Origin: Promethearchaeota archaeon
GTDB taxonomy: Archaea > Asgardarchaeota > Lokiarchaeia > Sigyniarchaeales > SOKP01
NCBI GenBank assembly: GCA_019894715.1
Contig: JAGXOA010000008.1
Location: 6,710 to 70,709 of the forward strand
Direction: 5' to 3'
DNA length: 64,000 nucleotides
Shown here: one piece after another, positions 46,926 through 55,992 of the stretch
Position numbering within the stretch: position 1 is the stretch's first letter
How the letters are laid out: each line of letters starts with the position of its first letter
Program-made: the position numbers and the translations under genes
The notes under the pieces: model-generated
What the model saw: the letters and a program-made list of their open reading frames with translations, nothing else
Databases searched by the model: none
Told to the model about the DNA's origin: nothing

Positions 46926-47375
46926 TTAATACATATCTTCTCTTGGAAGTGCAGCTGCAATAATTCCAAGGACAGCACCACCAACTATTAAGAAAAGACC
47001 TAACCCATAATCTCCAATATTTACTACAACTGGAAAAACATCTCCTATTTGGGTTTCTGACATCATAAAAATCATTGTGAGGGCAAGTTGATCCATTATT
47101 GCTATATCAGAAGCGATTCCTAATATAAAAATTATACCAACAATAAGAGGAGCAATTGCTCCAAATATGCTAGCAACTCTATATTTCATTCCTATTAATA
47201 AGAAGATTCCAGAAATTACAAAAAGCAAAGATATTATTAGCACATTATATCTCCAAAAGCCTTCTAATCCCACAAATAGAGCCATATCAGAAGTATATTG
47301 GAAATTATCACCTATATTTTGAAAAAATCCTACGCCTGAGACCGCTGTTCCTCCACCACCTAACAAAGCGAACAA
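46926..47375 (-). CDS. small polytopic membrane protein, paralogue 2 (5' end apparently degraded)
   Basis: C-terminus GLGLFLIVGGAVLGIIAAALPREDMY matches paralogue 1. Sequence homologous to paralogue 1's first helix (IISAILTILGTF) lies upstream of the TTG start, behind an in-frame TAA. Confidence 0.5.
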   Translation of the reverse strand: MFALLGGGGTAVSGVGFFQNIGDNFQYTSDMALFVGLEGFWRYNVLIISLLFVISGIFLLIGMKYRVASIFGAIAPLIVGIIFILGIASDIAIMDQLALTMIFMMSETQIGDVFPVVVNIGDYGLGLFLIVGGAVLGIIAAALPREDMY

Positions 47376-47541
47376 AAATGTTCCTAATATTGTTAAAATA
47401 GCAGAAATAATTTATTAATGTTAACCTATAATTATGTATAATTTTGCCCTAATTCAACGAAAGTAATCTTTATATATATGTTTGATTTAAATAATACATA
47501 TCACAATGACCCATGTGAAAATAAAAAAAAGATAGATCAAT

Positions 47542-48045
47542 ATGGAAAGTAATAAGTTATTGAAAAGTTTAGGAATAGGAATTATTGTTTTTATGGCACT
47601 AAATTTTATATTGCAATTAGTTTCAGCTGCTGTTGATGGCAATTTAACTCCATGGTTTGAATCATTAGATAATGCATATTCTATATTATATGCATTGTTT
47701 GGATATGTTGTTAATACTCCTACCATAGCTATATTAAATGCAGGAGTTCCCAGTATAGCACCTTTAGAGATTTTAGCATACGTAGTTTTTCCAATCATGG
47801 CAGCTGTAATAGCAGCCATAATAACAGGAAGATTTGCAGAAGAAAAGTCAACAGCGTTTGTCGCTTGGTTTTTTGTTGCTTTAATATCAGGAATAATTCT
47901 CTTTATAGGAGTTATTATTGAGATTGAGGGTGATTTTAGTGTATTATCCAACATGGATTATATAATGTTTTTAGGTTTTCCTATGATTGTGGGATTTGCC
48001 TATTCATTCATTGCAATATTCTCAAGTGAAACAAGTGTTTTTTAA
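47542..48045 (+). CDS. polytopic membrane protein
   Basis: 167 aa with 4-5 hydrophobic helices, followed by a ~15-nt T-tract at 48053-48067. Preferred over the overlapping antisense ORF 47487-47954. Confidence 0.55.
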   Translation: MESNKLLKSLGIGIIVFMALNFILQLVSAAVDGNLTPWFESLDNAYSILYALFGYVVNTPTIAILNAGVPSIAPLEILAYVVFPIMAAVIAAIITGRFAEEKSTAFVAWFFVALISGIILFIGVIIEIEGDFSVLSNMDYIMFLGFPMIVGFAYSFIAIFSSETSVF

Positions 48046-48159
48046 TTTTTTCTTTTTTTTTTTTTTTATAGAATTATTTAATATATATTCTATTATTGTT
48101 AGTTCTCTAAAATAATAATATTAAATAACCAGAAATAATAATTGAACTTGTGTAAATTT

Positions 48160-48687
48160 ATGGAATTAGAGAAAAATATAAAAATACTGATACACGAAAG
48201 AAATATTCAAAAAACTATAAAAGAAATAGCTCAAATTATAAATAAAGATTATCGAACTAAAAATCCCATATTAATATGTGTTTTAAAAGGCGCATGTATT
48301 TTTTTTGTTGATTTAATTCGTTATTTAAATATAGAAATTGAAATTGAGTTTATTGAATTATCCAGTTATGGAGCAAATATTGAAAGTTCAGAAAAAGTTA
48401 AAATAATTAAATGGTTAACATCAGATATAGAGAACAGAGAAATAATCATCATAGAGGATATTGTTGATACAGGGATTACTATAGATTTTCTCATTAACAA
48501 ACTTAGTGAATGTAATCCTTTATCTATTAAATTATGTTCATTAACAAGTAAACCAACCAAACGAAAAAAAAAAATAAAAATAGATTATATAGGATTTGAA
48601 ATTCCAGATAAATTTATTATTGGTTATGGGTTTGATTTGAATGAAAAGTATAGAAATTTAAGAGATATTTATTATATTGATGATTGA
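48160..48687 (+). CDS. hpt: hypoxanthine/guanine phosphoribosyltransferase
   Basis: Preferred ATG at 48160 (MELEKN). Motifs ILICVLKGACIFFVDL, the PRPP loop IIIIEDIVDTGITI, and IGYGFD. Confidence 0.85.
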   Translation: MELEKNIKILIHERNIQKTIKEIAQIINKDYRTKNPILICVLKGACIFFVDLIRYLNIEIEIEFIELSSYGANIESSEKVKIIKWLTSDIENREIIIIEDIVDTGITIDFLINKLSECNPLSIKLCSLTSKPTKRKKKIKIDYIGFEIPDKFIIGYGFDLNEKYRNLRDIYYIDD

Positions 48688-48880
48688 ACTACCTCTACCT
48701 AAAGGAAGTGGATTCGAACTCCCTAATATAATATTAGACAATACTGGATGGTTCTCCAACCTATGTATTTATTGGAATTATAGAGATATAAATGATAGGA
48801 GGGTGTTAATTTATAGAAGAATTATGTAATTCATCCACTCCTTAAAATAAGTGGCTTTCTTGCATATAAATGGTAAAAAG
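48684..48880 (+). repeat. Family-B hairpin-ended repeat, reference copy B-48
   Basis: TTGAAC (48684-48689) overlaps the hpt stop codon. Hairpin 1 is CTACCTCTACCTAAAGGAAGTGG and hairpin 2 is CCACTCCTTAAAATAAGTGG, followed by CTTTCTTGCATATAAATGGTAAAAAG. Confidence 0.75.
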
Positions 48881-49031
48881 AGACTTAATATCAATTTTTT
48901 GTTTCTTAATGAATTTGTTTTGAAATTTAAGACATTTATTTTTATATTATGATTCTTTCCTTAAATAGAATTAATTAGATCTAATAATTTAAAATTATAT
49001 CAATATATTAGCTTTTTATTTGGAATTCAAG

Positions 49032-50753
49032 ATGAATAATTCAATTACAATTAAAAATGGTCTTGTTTATGATCCTTTAAATGATATAAATGGCGAAAAA
49101 AAGGATATTTACATTGTTGGGGGCAAAATATCTGAAAAACTTAGCACAAACGCGAAGGTTATTGATGCTACAGGTATGATCATCTTCCCTGGAGGGGTGG
49201 ATATACATTCCCATATTGCAGGTGCAAAAGTCAACAGTGGAAGAGCTTTTAGGCCTGAGGATCATATAATAGATCCTGTCCCCAAAACAAAAACTTCTCG
49301 ATCTGGTGTAGGGTATTCTGTACCTTCAACATGGGTAACAGGATATCGTTACGCTAAATTAGGATATACTACAGTTGTAGAACCCGCAATGCCCTTATTA
49401 CAAGCTCGGCATACACATGAAGAATTCCTCTCAACACCAATAATAGATAAAGCCGCATTCCCTCTCTTTGGTAATAATTGGTATGTTATGGAATTTATTA
49501 AAGATAAAGATTGGGAAAGGTTGGCAGGGTATGTAGCTTGGATTTTAAAAGCTACTAAAGGATATGGTGTAAAAATTGTCAATCCAGGAGGAGTAGAAAA
49601 TTGGGCTTGGGGAAAAAATGTTGATACTCTTGATGATCATGTACTTCATTTTGAAGTAAGTCCTAGAGAAATACTTGAAGGATTGGGAAAAGTAAACGAA
49701 TTATTAGAGTTACCTCATCCAATCCACGTTCATGGGAATAATTTAGGACATCCCGGAAATTATAACTATAGTCTAGATATTTTTAAAGAGATGGAAAAAT
49801 TAAAAGCTAAACACGGACGTGATAATGTATTACACTATACACATTGCCAGTTTAATGCATATGGGGGATCTAATTGGAAGGATTTTTGTTCAGGTGCAAC
49901 AGAGATTGCAAAATACATTAATTCTCATCAGCATATAACAATGGATATGGGGCAAATCGTATTTGCTAAAGCAGCAACTACAACTATGACAGCTGACGGC
50001 CCATGGGAATTTGCATTACATCATATAAGTGGAATGAGCGGATGGGGCGCTAAACCCGGTGTAAAATGGATAAACGGACAAGTAGAAGGAGAATCTGGTT
50101 CAGGATTAGTACCATATTTCTTTGATCCTAAAATAGGTGTTAATGCCATTCAATGGGCAATAGGATTAGAATTAGCATTATTAATAGAGAATCCGTGGCA
50201 AATATATATGACAACAGATCATCCTAATGGAGGCCCATTTATCTATTATCCTAAAATTATTAGATGGTTAATGGATAAAAAAACAAGGGAGGATATGCTT
50301 AATAACCAAATATCTAAAAAAGCCAGTTCTCAAACTACTTTACCTAATATTGAACGAGAGTTATCTCTTAATGATATTTGTATAATGACTCGAGCAGGTC
50401 CAGCAAAATGTTTAGGTATGGAAGATCGAGGACATTTAGGATTTGACGCAATAGGAGATATATCAATATTCAAGCTTGATTTAAATGATTTAAATGGATA
50501 TAATATCGAAAAAGCTTTTTCAAACACCGAATTTACAATAAAAGACGGTCAAATAGTAGTTTATAAAGGTGATATTATTTCTAGCCCAATTGGAACAACT
50601 CTAATTTCCGAGGGAAAAATTGAAGATGAACTTTTAGATGCTACGGTAAAAGAAATTAAAAATCATTGGAGAGATCATTATAGCATTAATTTTAACAATT
50701 ATGAAATAGGAAAATACTATACTCCAAAAAGTAAAATAATAAATAATATATAA
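49032..50753 (+). CDS. fwdA: formylmethanofuran dehydrogenase subunit A (amidohydrolase-type)
   Basis: IKNGLVYDPLNDINGEKKDIYI, PGGVDIHSHIAGAKVN and HVHGNNLG. The track ORF opens at TTG 49020 and the first ATG is at 49032. Confidence 0.85.
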   Translation: MNNSITIKNGLVYDPLNDINGEKKDIYIVGGKISEKLSTNAKVIDATGMIIFPGGVDIHSHIAGAKVNSGRAFRPEDHIIDPVPKTKTSRSGVGYSVPSTWVTGYRYAKLGYTTVVEPAMPLLQARHTHEEFLSTPIIDKAAFPLFGNNWYVMEFIKDKDWERLAGYVAWILKATKGYGVKIVNPGGVENWAWGKNVDTLDDHVLHFEVSPREILEGLGKVNELLELPHPIHVHGNNLGHPGNYNYSLDIFKEMEKLKAKHGRDNVLHYTHCQFNAYGGSNWKDFCSGATEIAKYINSHQHITMDMGQIVFAKAATTTMTADGPWEFALHHISGMSGWGAKPGVKWINGQVEGESGSGLVPYFFDPKIGVNAIQWAIGLELALLIENPWQIYMTTDHPNGGPFIYYPKIIRWLMDKKTREDMLNNQISKKASSQTTLPNIERELSLNDICIMTRAGPAKCLGMEDRGHLGFDAIGDISIFKLDLNDLNGYNIEKAFSNTEFTIKDGQIVVYKGDIISSPIGTTLISEGKIEDELLDATVKEIKNHWRDHYSINFNNYEIGKYYTPKSKIINNI

Positions 50754-51002
50754 TTTTACTTAAAAAATTCAGTTACTTAGATAAATACTACTTAAATGAT
50801 AAGGATTTTATATTATTCAATCAAGAATATTATAGATATCTATATATAATGGAATTTTTTAATTGTAATAATTTATTAAATTGTAAAAAAATATTAGTTA
50901 TTTTTAATGAAAATAAATACCCAAAAATAATTTGTATTCAATAATTATTTTTTTATCAGAAGGACAAAGAAATTACAAATAAAATTATAAAATAGAGAAT
51001 TC

Positions 51003-54000
51003 ATGAAATCAAATAATATAGAAACTAATAAATCAGAGGAAATTTATCAATTAATTTTAGATAATATTGATGAATTAATTGGAATTCTTAATCCTTATAA
51101 AAAATTTAACTTCGAATTTATTAATGAAAATGTTTTTGAAAAAATTCTTAAATACACCAAGAAAGATCTTATTGGTAGATCTTTTTTCGATATTATTCAT
51201 CCAAATGATGTAAATAAAATCGAGACACTTCTGTACCAAAAAAAAGCTCTAACAAAAGAATCATTAGAAATCATATTAATTGATAATTCTAAAAAAGAAA
51301 AATGGTTTAGGATTAAAATAAGACATTTCAAAAATAAAAAAAAACAAAAAAGAACTTTTGTAAATCTTAAATCTATAGAAAAACAAAAAGATTTAGAGAA
51401 AATATTAGATGAGAGTAAAGACTCTCTAAAGGTAATAACTAATAAAATACCTGAAATTCGTTTTTGGAAATTATTTAGCCCTGAAAATTTTGAAGACGCC
51501 TTATATAGCTCATATGAAATGCTTCAAATTTTTATAGAAAATATTCCCCAATATATTTTCTGGAAAGATAAAAATCTAAACTATTTAGGATGTAATTATC
51601 ATTATGCAAAATTAATTGGAATAGATATCCCAGAAAATATTATAGGTAAAAAAGACAAAGATCTAATCTCTAATCATGATAAATTAAAAATTTTAGAAAT
51701 TAATGAAAAGAAAGTATTAGAGTCAGGAAATGCACAATCTAATGAACTAATAAAATGGAGAATAGGAACAAAAGACTCACTTTTAAAAATAAATAGAATA
51801 CCTTTATATGATTCTAATAATATTCCTGTGGGTTTATTAGTAACCTATGATGATATTACAGAATTGATTTCTAAAGAGGAGAAAATCCGTAGAGAAAGAG
51901 ATATCTTAGAAGGGTTTATGGAAACTAGTCCAGTAGGCATTATAATTATAAATAGAAATGGAATTATAACTTTCATTAATAATCAAGCCGAAAAGGTATT
52001 TAATATTAAAAAAAGTAAGGTTCTCCTAACAAATTTAAATGATCATATTTGGAGAATGTTAGATATAAATGGAAATAAGATTCCTGAAGAAAAAGAATTA
52101 TTTAATATTGTTAAAAAAACAAAATCCTCTGCATTTGATTTAAAATTTTTAATCAAGGATTATAAAAATAAAGATATTTTGATATCAGTAAATTCATCTC
52201 CTCTCTTTAATGATTCTGGAGAGTTTAATGGTTTAATTGCTACAATTGAAGATATTACAGAAAAGCAGAAAGCAAAACAAGAATTAATAGAATCTGAACA
52301 AAAATTTAGAACTATTTCTGAACAATCATTAATGGGAATAGCAATTATTCAAGAAGGTCAAATTAAATATTTAAACAAACAATTAGTTAATATCACAGGA
52401 TATAAATCTGAAGAACTAAAAAAATTAAAAAAATTTGAGTATCTTGAAATTATTCATCCAGAAGATAAGGAATTTGTTCTCAAAAAGCTAGATAGTATCC
52501 TAAATAAAGAATTAGGCGAATATCATTTCCAATTTCGAATGTATAATAATTTAAATATAATTAGATGGGTTGATAATTTTTCTACAAGAATTATTTATCA
52601 AGGAAAACCAGCAATTTTATCGACAATTATAGATTTTACGGAAAAAAAGATAGCAGAAATAAAATTAAAAGAATCTGGAGAAAAGTATAAAAATTTATTT
52701 GAAAATTCTCCAAATATGATAGCCTTATTGGATATAGAAGGTAATTTTTTAACCGCTAATGCAAAATTATTGAATTTTTTTAATTTTAAAAAAGAATATC
52801 TTGTAAATAAGAATCTTCAAACTCTTCAAAATTATATTCCTGATCACTTTGATGATTTAATTAGTAAATTTAAATTAGTGCTAAGAGAAAAATCTTTTAA
52901 TCCTTTTGATATCAGAATACAGTTAGAAAATAATAAAACTCATTGGTTAAGTATCCAAGCAAATTTAACTGACATAGAAGGGAAAAAAATAGTTCAAATT
53001 ATTATGCGAAATATTGATAATTATAAAAATTCGATAAATATCATTCATCTCAATGAACTTAGATTAGAAACTCTAAGTATTCTAAATCAAATGACAAAAG
53101 CATCTGATAAAAATTTAGTAGAATACGCACTTAATAAAGCCGTAGAACTTACTAAAAGTATTTTCGGCATATTAATCTTTCCTAAAAAAAAAGAAAATGA
53201 AATATATTTTTCTAAGATATTAAATGATGCAGATCCAAATCATTTAAACTCAAATGGCTATGATACCAAAATTCTTAAAAATATGTTAAAAGCTAAAGAT
53301 ATTATTATCAAAAATCAAGTAGATGATGATTTCTCGGTATTTGGTGATAATAATCATTTACCTTACTTAAAGATAGAGAGATTTATGATTATTCCCATCA
53401 AGGAAGAAGGAAAAACTGTAGCAATAACATGTGTGATTAACAAATCAAGAGAATATACAAACTTAGACATTAGTCAATTAACACTATTGATAGATGGTGT
53501 TTGGAAGACAATACAAAAAAAAAAATCAGAAGAAGCATTAAGACTCAGTGAAAAAAGATATCGAAGTTTACTTAATTCATCTTCAATGGGTATTATAGAA
53601 ATTAATTTACTTACTGATGATATTACTTTCATCAATCCTAGCTTATTAAAAATGCTGGGATATGAGAAGGAACACATTTCTAAAAAATTTATATTTAAGA
53701 AAATTTATTCTGAAGATATAGGGAATTTATTTAAAGATTCAGAAGAAAAAGAATTAGAATTTCGAGTCTATGATAATAAAGGAAAATTAAAATGGTTGGC
53801 GGGAAAAAGAACAAATCAATTTAATCAAAATGGTGATTTAGTTAGTTTTAGATTATGGTTAGATGATGTTACTGAAAAGAAAATGTATGAAAAACTTATA
53901 ACAGAATTAAATATCAATTTTCTTAATTTTACAACCGATATACAAGCTAATATTCAATTACTACTTGGTACTTGTGTTAATTTGTTAGGCGGAATATTAG

Positions 54001-55112
54001 CAATTCATGTTAATAAAAATGAAAAAGAAAAGAAATTCAGAATAAAAACAAATGATAATAGAACATTTTATTATTATGATTTTGAAAAATATGATAAAGA
54101 TTTATTTGTTTTTGAGTTTTTTAAGGGAGAACATGATTTTCCCCAAACAATTTTAGATATTGACAAGAGTTTATATGCAGATACAGATCCTATTATGCTA
54201 AATTATAATATAAAGAGTGGATATGGAAAATTAATTAAATCTGAGGATAAATTTAATAATGCTGTTTGTGTTTTCTTTGATCATAATCCAAATATAACTC
54301 ATGATTTTCAACTAATACTTTTTTTAATTGCAGATGCTATAGCGATAGAGCAAAGTAGATGGAAAGTTAAACAGAATCTAAAAAATCAAAATAAAATGCT
54401 TAATGAAATGAATAAGCTTAAAGTTGAATTATTTTCTAGAACATCACATGAATTAAAAACACCCCTTATATCTATTAAAGGTTTTACAGAACTTCTTTTA
54501 AAAATTCATAAATCAAAAATGGATTCTGATATGATTTCCATTATAGAGGAGATTATGGATGGGGCAAAACGCCTTGAGAAGATAATAAATATGCTTTTAG
54601 AGAGCTCGAAATTAGATCAAAATCTTCTAATTCTTAATAAAAAAGAGGATGATTTAATATTCTTATTAAGGTTTTGTGTTAATGAACTTCAAAGTTTAGC
54701 AAATCTAAGAAATCAAAAAATAAATTTAGAATTAGATGATAAACTTGTAGTAAAATTTGACAAAGAAAGAATATATGAGGTTGTATCCAATCTTCTTGTA
54801 AATGCTATAAAATATACCCCTCCAAATGGAACTATAAATGTAAAATCTGAAAGAATTAAAAATGATTATGTAATCTCGATTTCAGATACGGGAGTAGGTC
54901 TTACAGATATAGAAAAAAAACAATTATTTAAACAATTTGGTAAAATAGAAAGATATGGTCATGGTTGGGATCTTGGAATTGAAGGTACAGGATTAGGATT
55001 ATATATTTCAAAAAAAATAATTGATTTACATAATGGAAAGATATGGGCGGAATCTGAGGGAAGAAATAAGGGAAGTATTTTCAGTTTTTCTCTTCCTTAC
55101 TCAAATGATTAA
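51003..55112 (+). CDS. multi-PAS (plus GAF-like) sensor histidine kinase
   Basis: 1369 aa. Repeated PAS-type blocks (..DITE(K/L)...E..L..SE.K(F/Y)R..). HisKA H-box FSRTSHELKTPL. HATPase_c N/G boxes LLVNAIKYTP, DTGVGL and GTGLGLYISKKI. Confidence 0.85.
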   Translation: MKSNNIETNKSEEIYQLILDNIDELIGILNPYKKFNFEFINENVFEKILKYTKKDLIGRSFFDIIHPNDVNKIETLLYQKKALTKESLEIILIDNSKKEKWFRIKIRHFKNKKKQKRTFVNLKSIEKQKDLEKILDESKDSLKVITNKIPEIRFWKLFSPENFEDALYSSYEMLQIFIENIPQYIFWKDKNLNYLGCNYHYAKLIGIDIPENIIGKKDKDLISNHDKLKILEINEKKVLESGNAQSNELIKWRIGTKDSLLKINRIPLYDSNNIPVGLLVTYDDITELISKEEKIRRERDILEGFMETSPVGIIIINRNGIITFINNQAEKVFNIKKSKVLLTNLNDHIWRMLDINGNKIPEEKELFNIVKKTKSSAFDLKFLIKDYKNKDILISVNSSPLFNDSGEFNGLIATIEDITEKQKAKQELIESEQKFRTISEQSLMGIAIIQEGQIKYLNKQLVNITGYKSEELKKLKKFEYLEIIHPEDKEFVLKKLDSILNKELGEYHFQFRMYNNLNIIRWVDNFSTRIIYQGKPAILSTIIDFTEKKIAEIKLKESGEKYKNLFENSPNMIALLDIEGNFLTANAKLLNFFNFKKEYLVNKNLQTLQNYIPDHFDDLISKFKLVLREKSFNPFDIRIQLENNKTHWLSIQANLTDIEGKKIVQIIMRNIDNYKNSINIIHLNELRLETLSILNQMTKASDKNLVEYALNKAVELTKSIFGILIFPKKKENEIYFSKILNDADPNHLNSNGYDTKILKNMLKAKDIIIKNQVDDDFSVFGDNNHLPYLKIERFMIIPIKEEGKTVAITCVINKSREYTNLDISQLTLLIDGVWKTIQKKKSEEALRLSEKRYRSLLNSSSMGIIEINLLTDDITFINPSLLKMLGYEKEHISKKFIFKKIYSEDIGNLFKDSEEKELEFRVYDNKGKLKWLAGKRTNQFNQNGDLVSFRLWLDDVTEKKMYEKLITELNINFLNFTTDIQANIQLLLGTCVNLLGGILAIHVNKNEKEKKFRIKTNDNRTFYYYDFEKYDKDLFVFEFFKGEHDFPQTILDIDKSLYADTDPIMLNYNIKSGYGKLIKSEDKFNNAVCVFFDHNPNITHDFQLILFLIADAIAIEQSRWKVKQNLKNQNKMLNEMNKLKVELFSRTSHELKTPLISIKGFTELLLKIHKSKMDSDMISIIEEIMDGAKRLEKIINMLLESSKLDQNLLILNKKEDDLIFLLRFCVNELQSLANLRNQKINLELDDKLVVKFDKERIYEVVSNLLVNAIKYTPPNGTINVKSERIKNDYVISISDTGVGLTDIEKKQLFKQFGKIERYGHGWDLGIEGTGLGLYISKKIIDLHNGKIWAESEGRNKGSIFSFSLPYSND

Positions 55113-55135
55113 AAATTATTATCTTAATAATCTTT

Positions 55136-55864
55136 TCATTTTACTGGTCTTAAATTTTTACCCACACCATAATAAATGAGAAATGCAGAAACCACTAGTA
55201 GAAAAGAAGTAATCCCGCTCCATATAATCCTAAAGAGAGGATTATGCCAACTATTATAAAGAATAGCCCCATATAGATCCAAGTATTTAACTATTAATCC
55301 AATTGTGAACAATTTGTATTTTTTTTTCAAAGATGGGTGTGTTATTTTATCTTTATTTTTCAATGAAAAATAAAAACTTGGAATAATTATTGAAATAAAG
55401 ATAAAAATATACGAAGAAATCATTAAATTTGTATTAAAGTAAATAGTATAATTTTCATCTATAAATTCAATTCCTCCTGGTTGACATACGATAAGAAAAG
55501 AGGAAATGCCATATATTATCAAAATAGAAGCAATAATTTTTGAATTTGTTAAAGTATTAACAGAAGATATACTCATTATGAAAAGAACTAAAAAGATGAA
55601 ACTGAATAAGATTAAATAAAAAACAGTATAATAGAATACTTTAATCAAATTTCCAACCAATATTTCTAATGAAATTAAAGATAGAGAAATTAAATTAATT
55701 ATAAATCCAATAACCATACAAATATAAAAGGAACTTAATAACAGAGATGTTTTATCTTTTCTTCTTGAAAGAATCTTGTAAGCAATAAATGCAAACGATA
55801 AAATTGTAATCGTTTGGGGGATTAAAACGATGAATAATCTTGTCCCATCCATATAAAAACCCAT
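55136..55864 (-). CDS. polytopic membrane protein (about 7 TM)
   Basis: 242 aa, almost entirely hydrophobic segments. No family recognised. Confidence 0.5.
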   Translation of the reverse strand: MGFYMDGTRLFIVLIPQTITILSFAFIAYKILSRRKDKTSLLLSSFYICMVIGFIINLISLSLISLEILVGNLIKVFYYTVFYLILFSFIFLVLFIMSISSVNTLTNSKIIASILIIYGISSFLIVCQPGGIEFIDENYTIYFNTNLMISSYIFIFISIIIPSFYFSLKNKDKITHPSLKKKYKLFTIGLIVKYLDLYGAILYNSWHNPLFRIIWSGITSFLLVVSAFLIYYGVGKNLRPVK

Positions 55865-55992
55865 TTTCTTTTAATTCCAAATAATACTTTTATAATTTAA
55901 ATCTATCCTAGGAATTATTAATTATAAAATATAAAGATTTATTAATTCCTTTATCAAATTGTTCATAATAAAAACTAATTTATTTTAAAATA

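Noticed and set aside
47487-47954. 155-aa minus-strand ORF overlapping 47542-48045
   Set aside because: The plus-strand product has regular TM-helix periodicity and is followed by a long T-tract terminator. The minus-strand product looks like a translation artefact of the same hydrophobic-codon region.
48676-48690. TGATGA immediately before the B-48 element as a possible C-box of a C/D sRNA or a hammerhead core
   Set aside because: It is simply the last codons of hpt (..I D D stop). No matching D box (CTGA) or GAAA core lies at the right spacing, and other B copies lack it.
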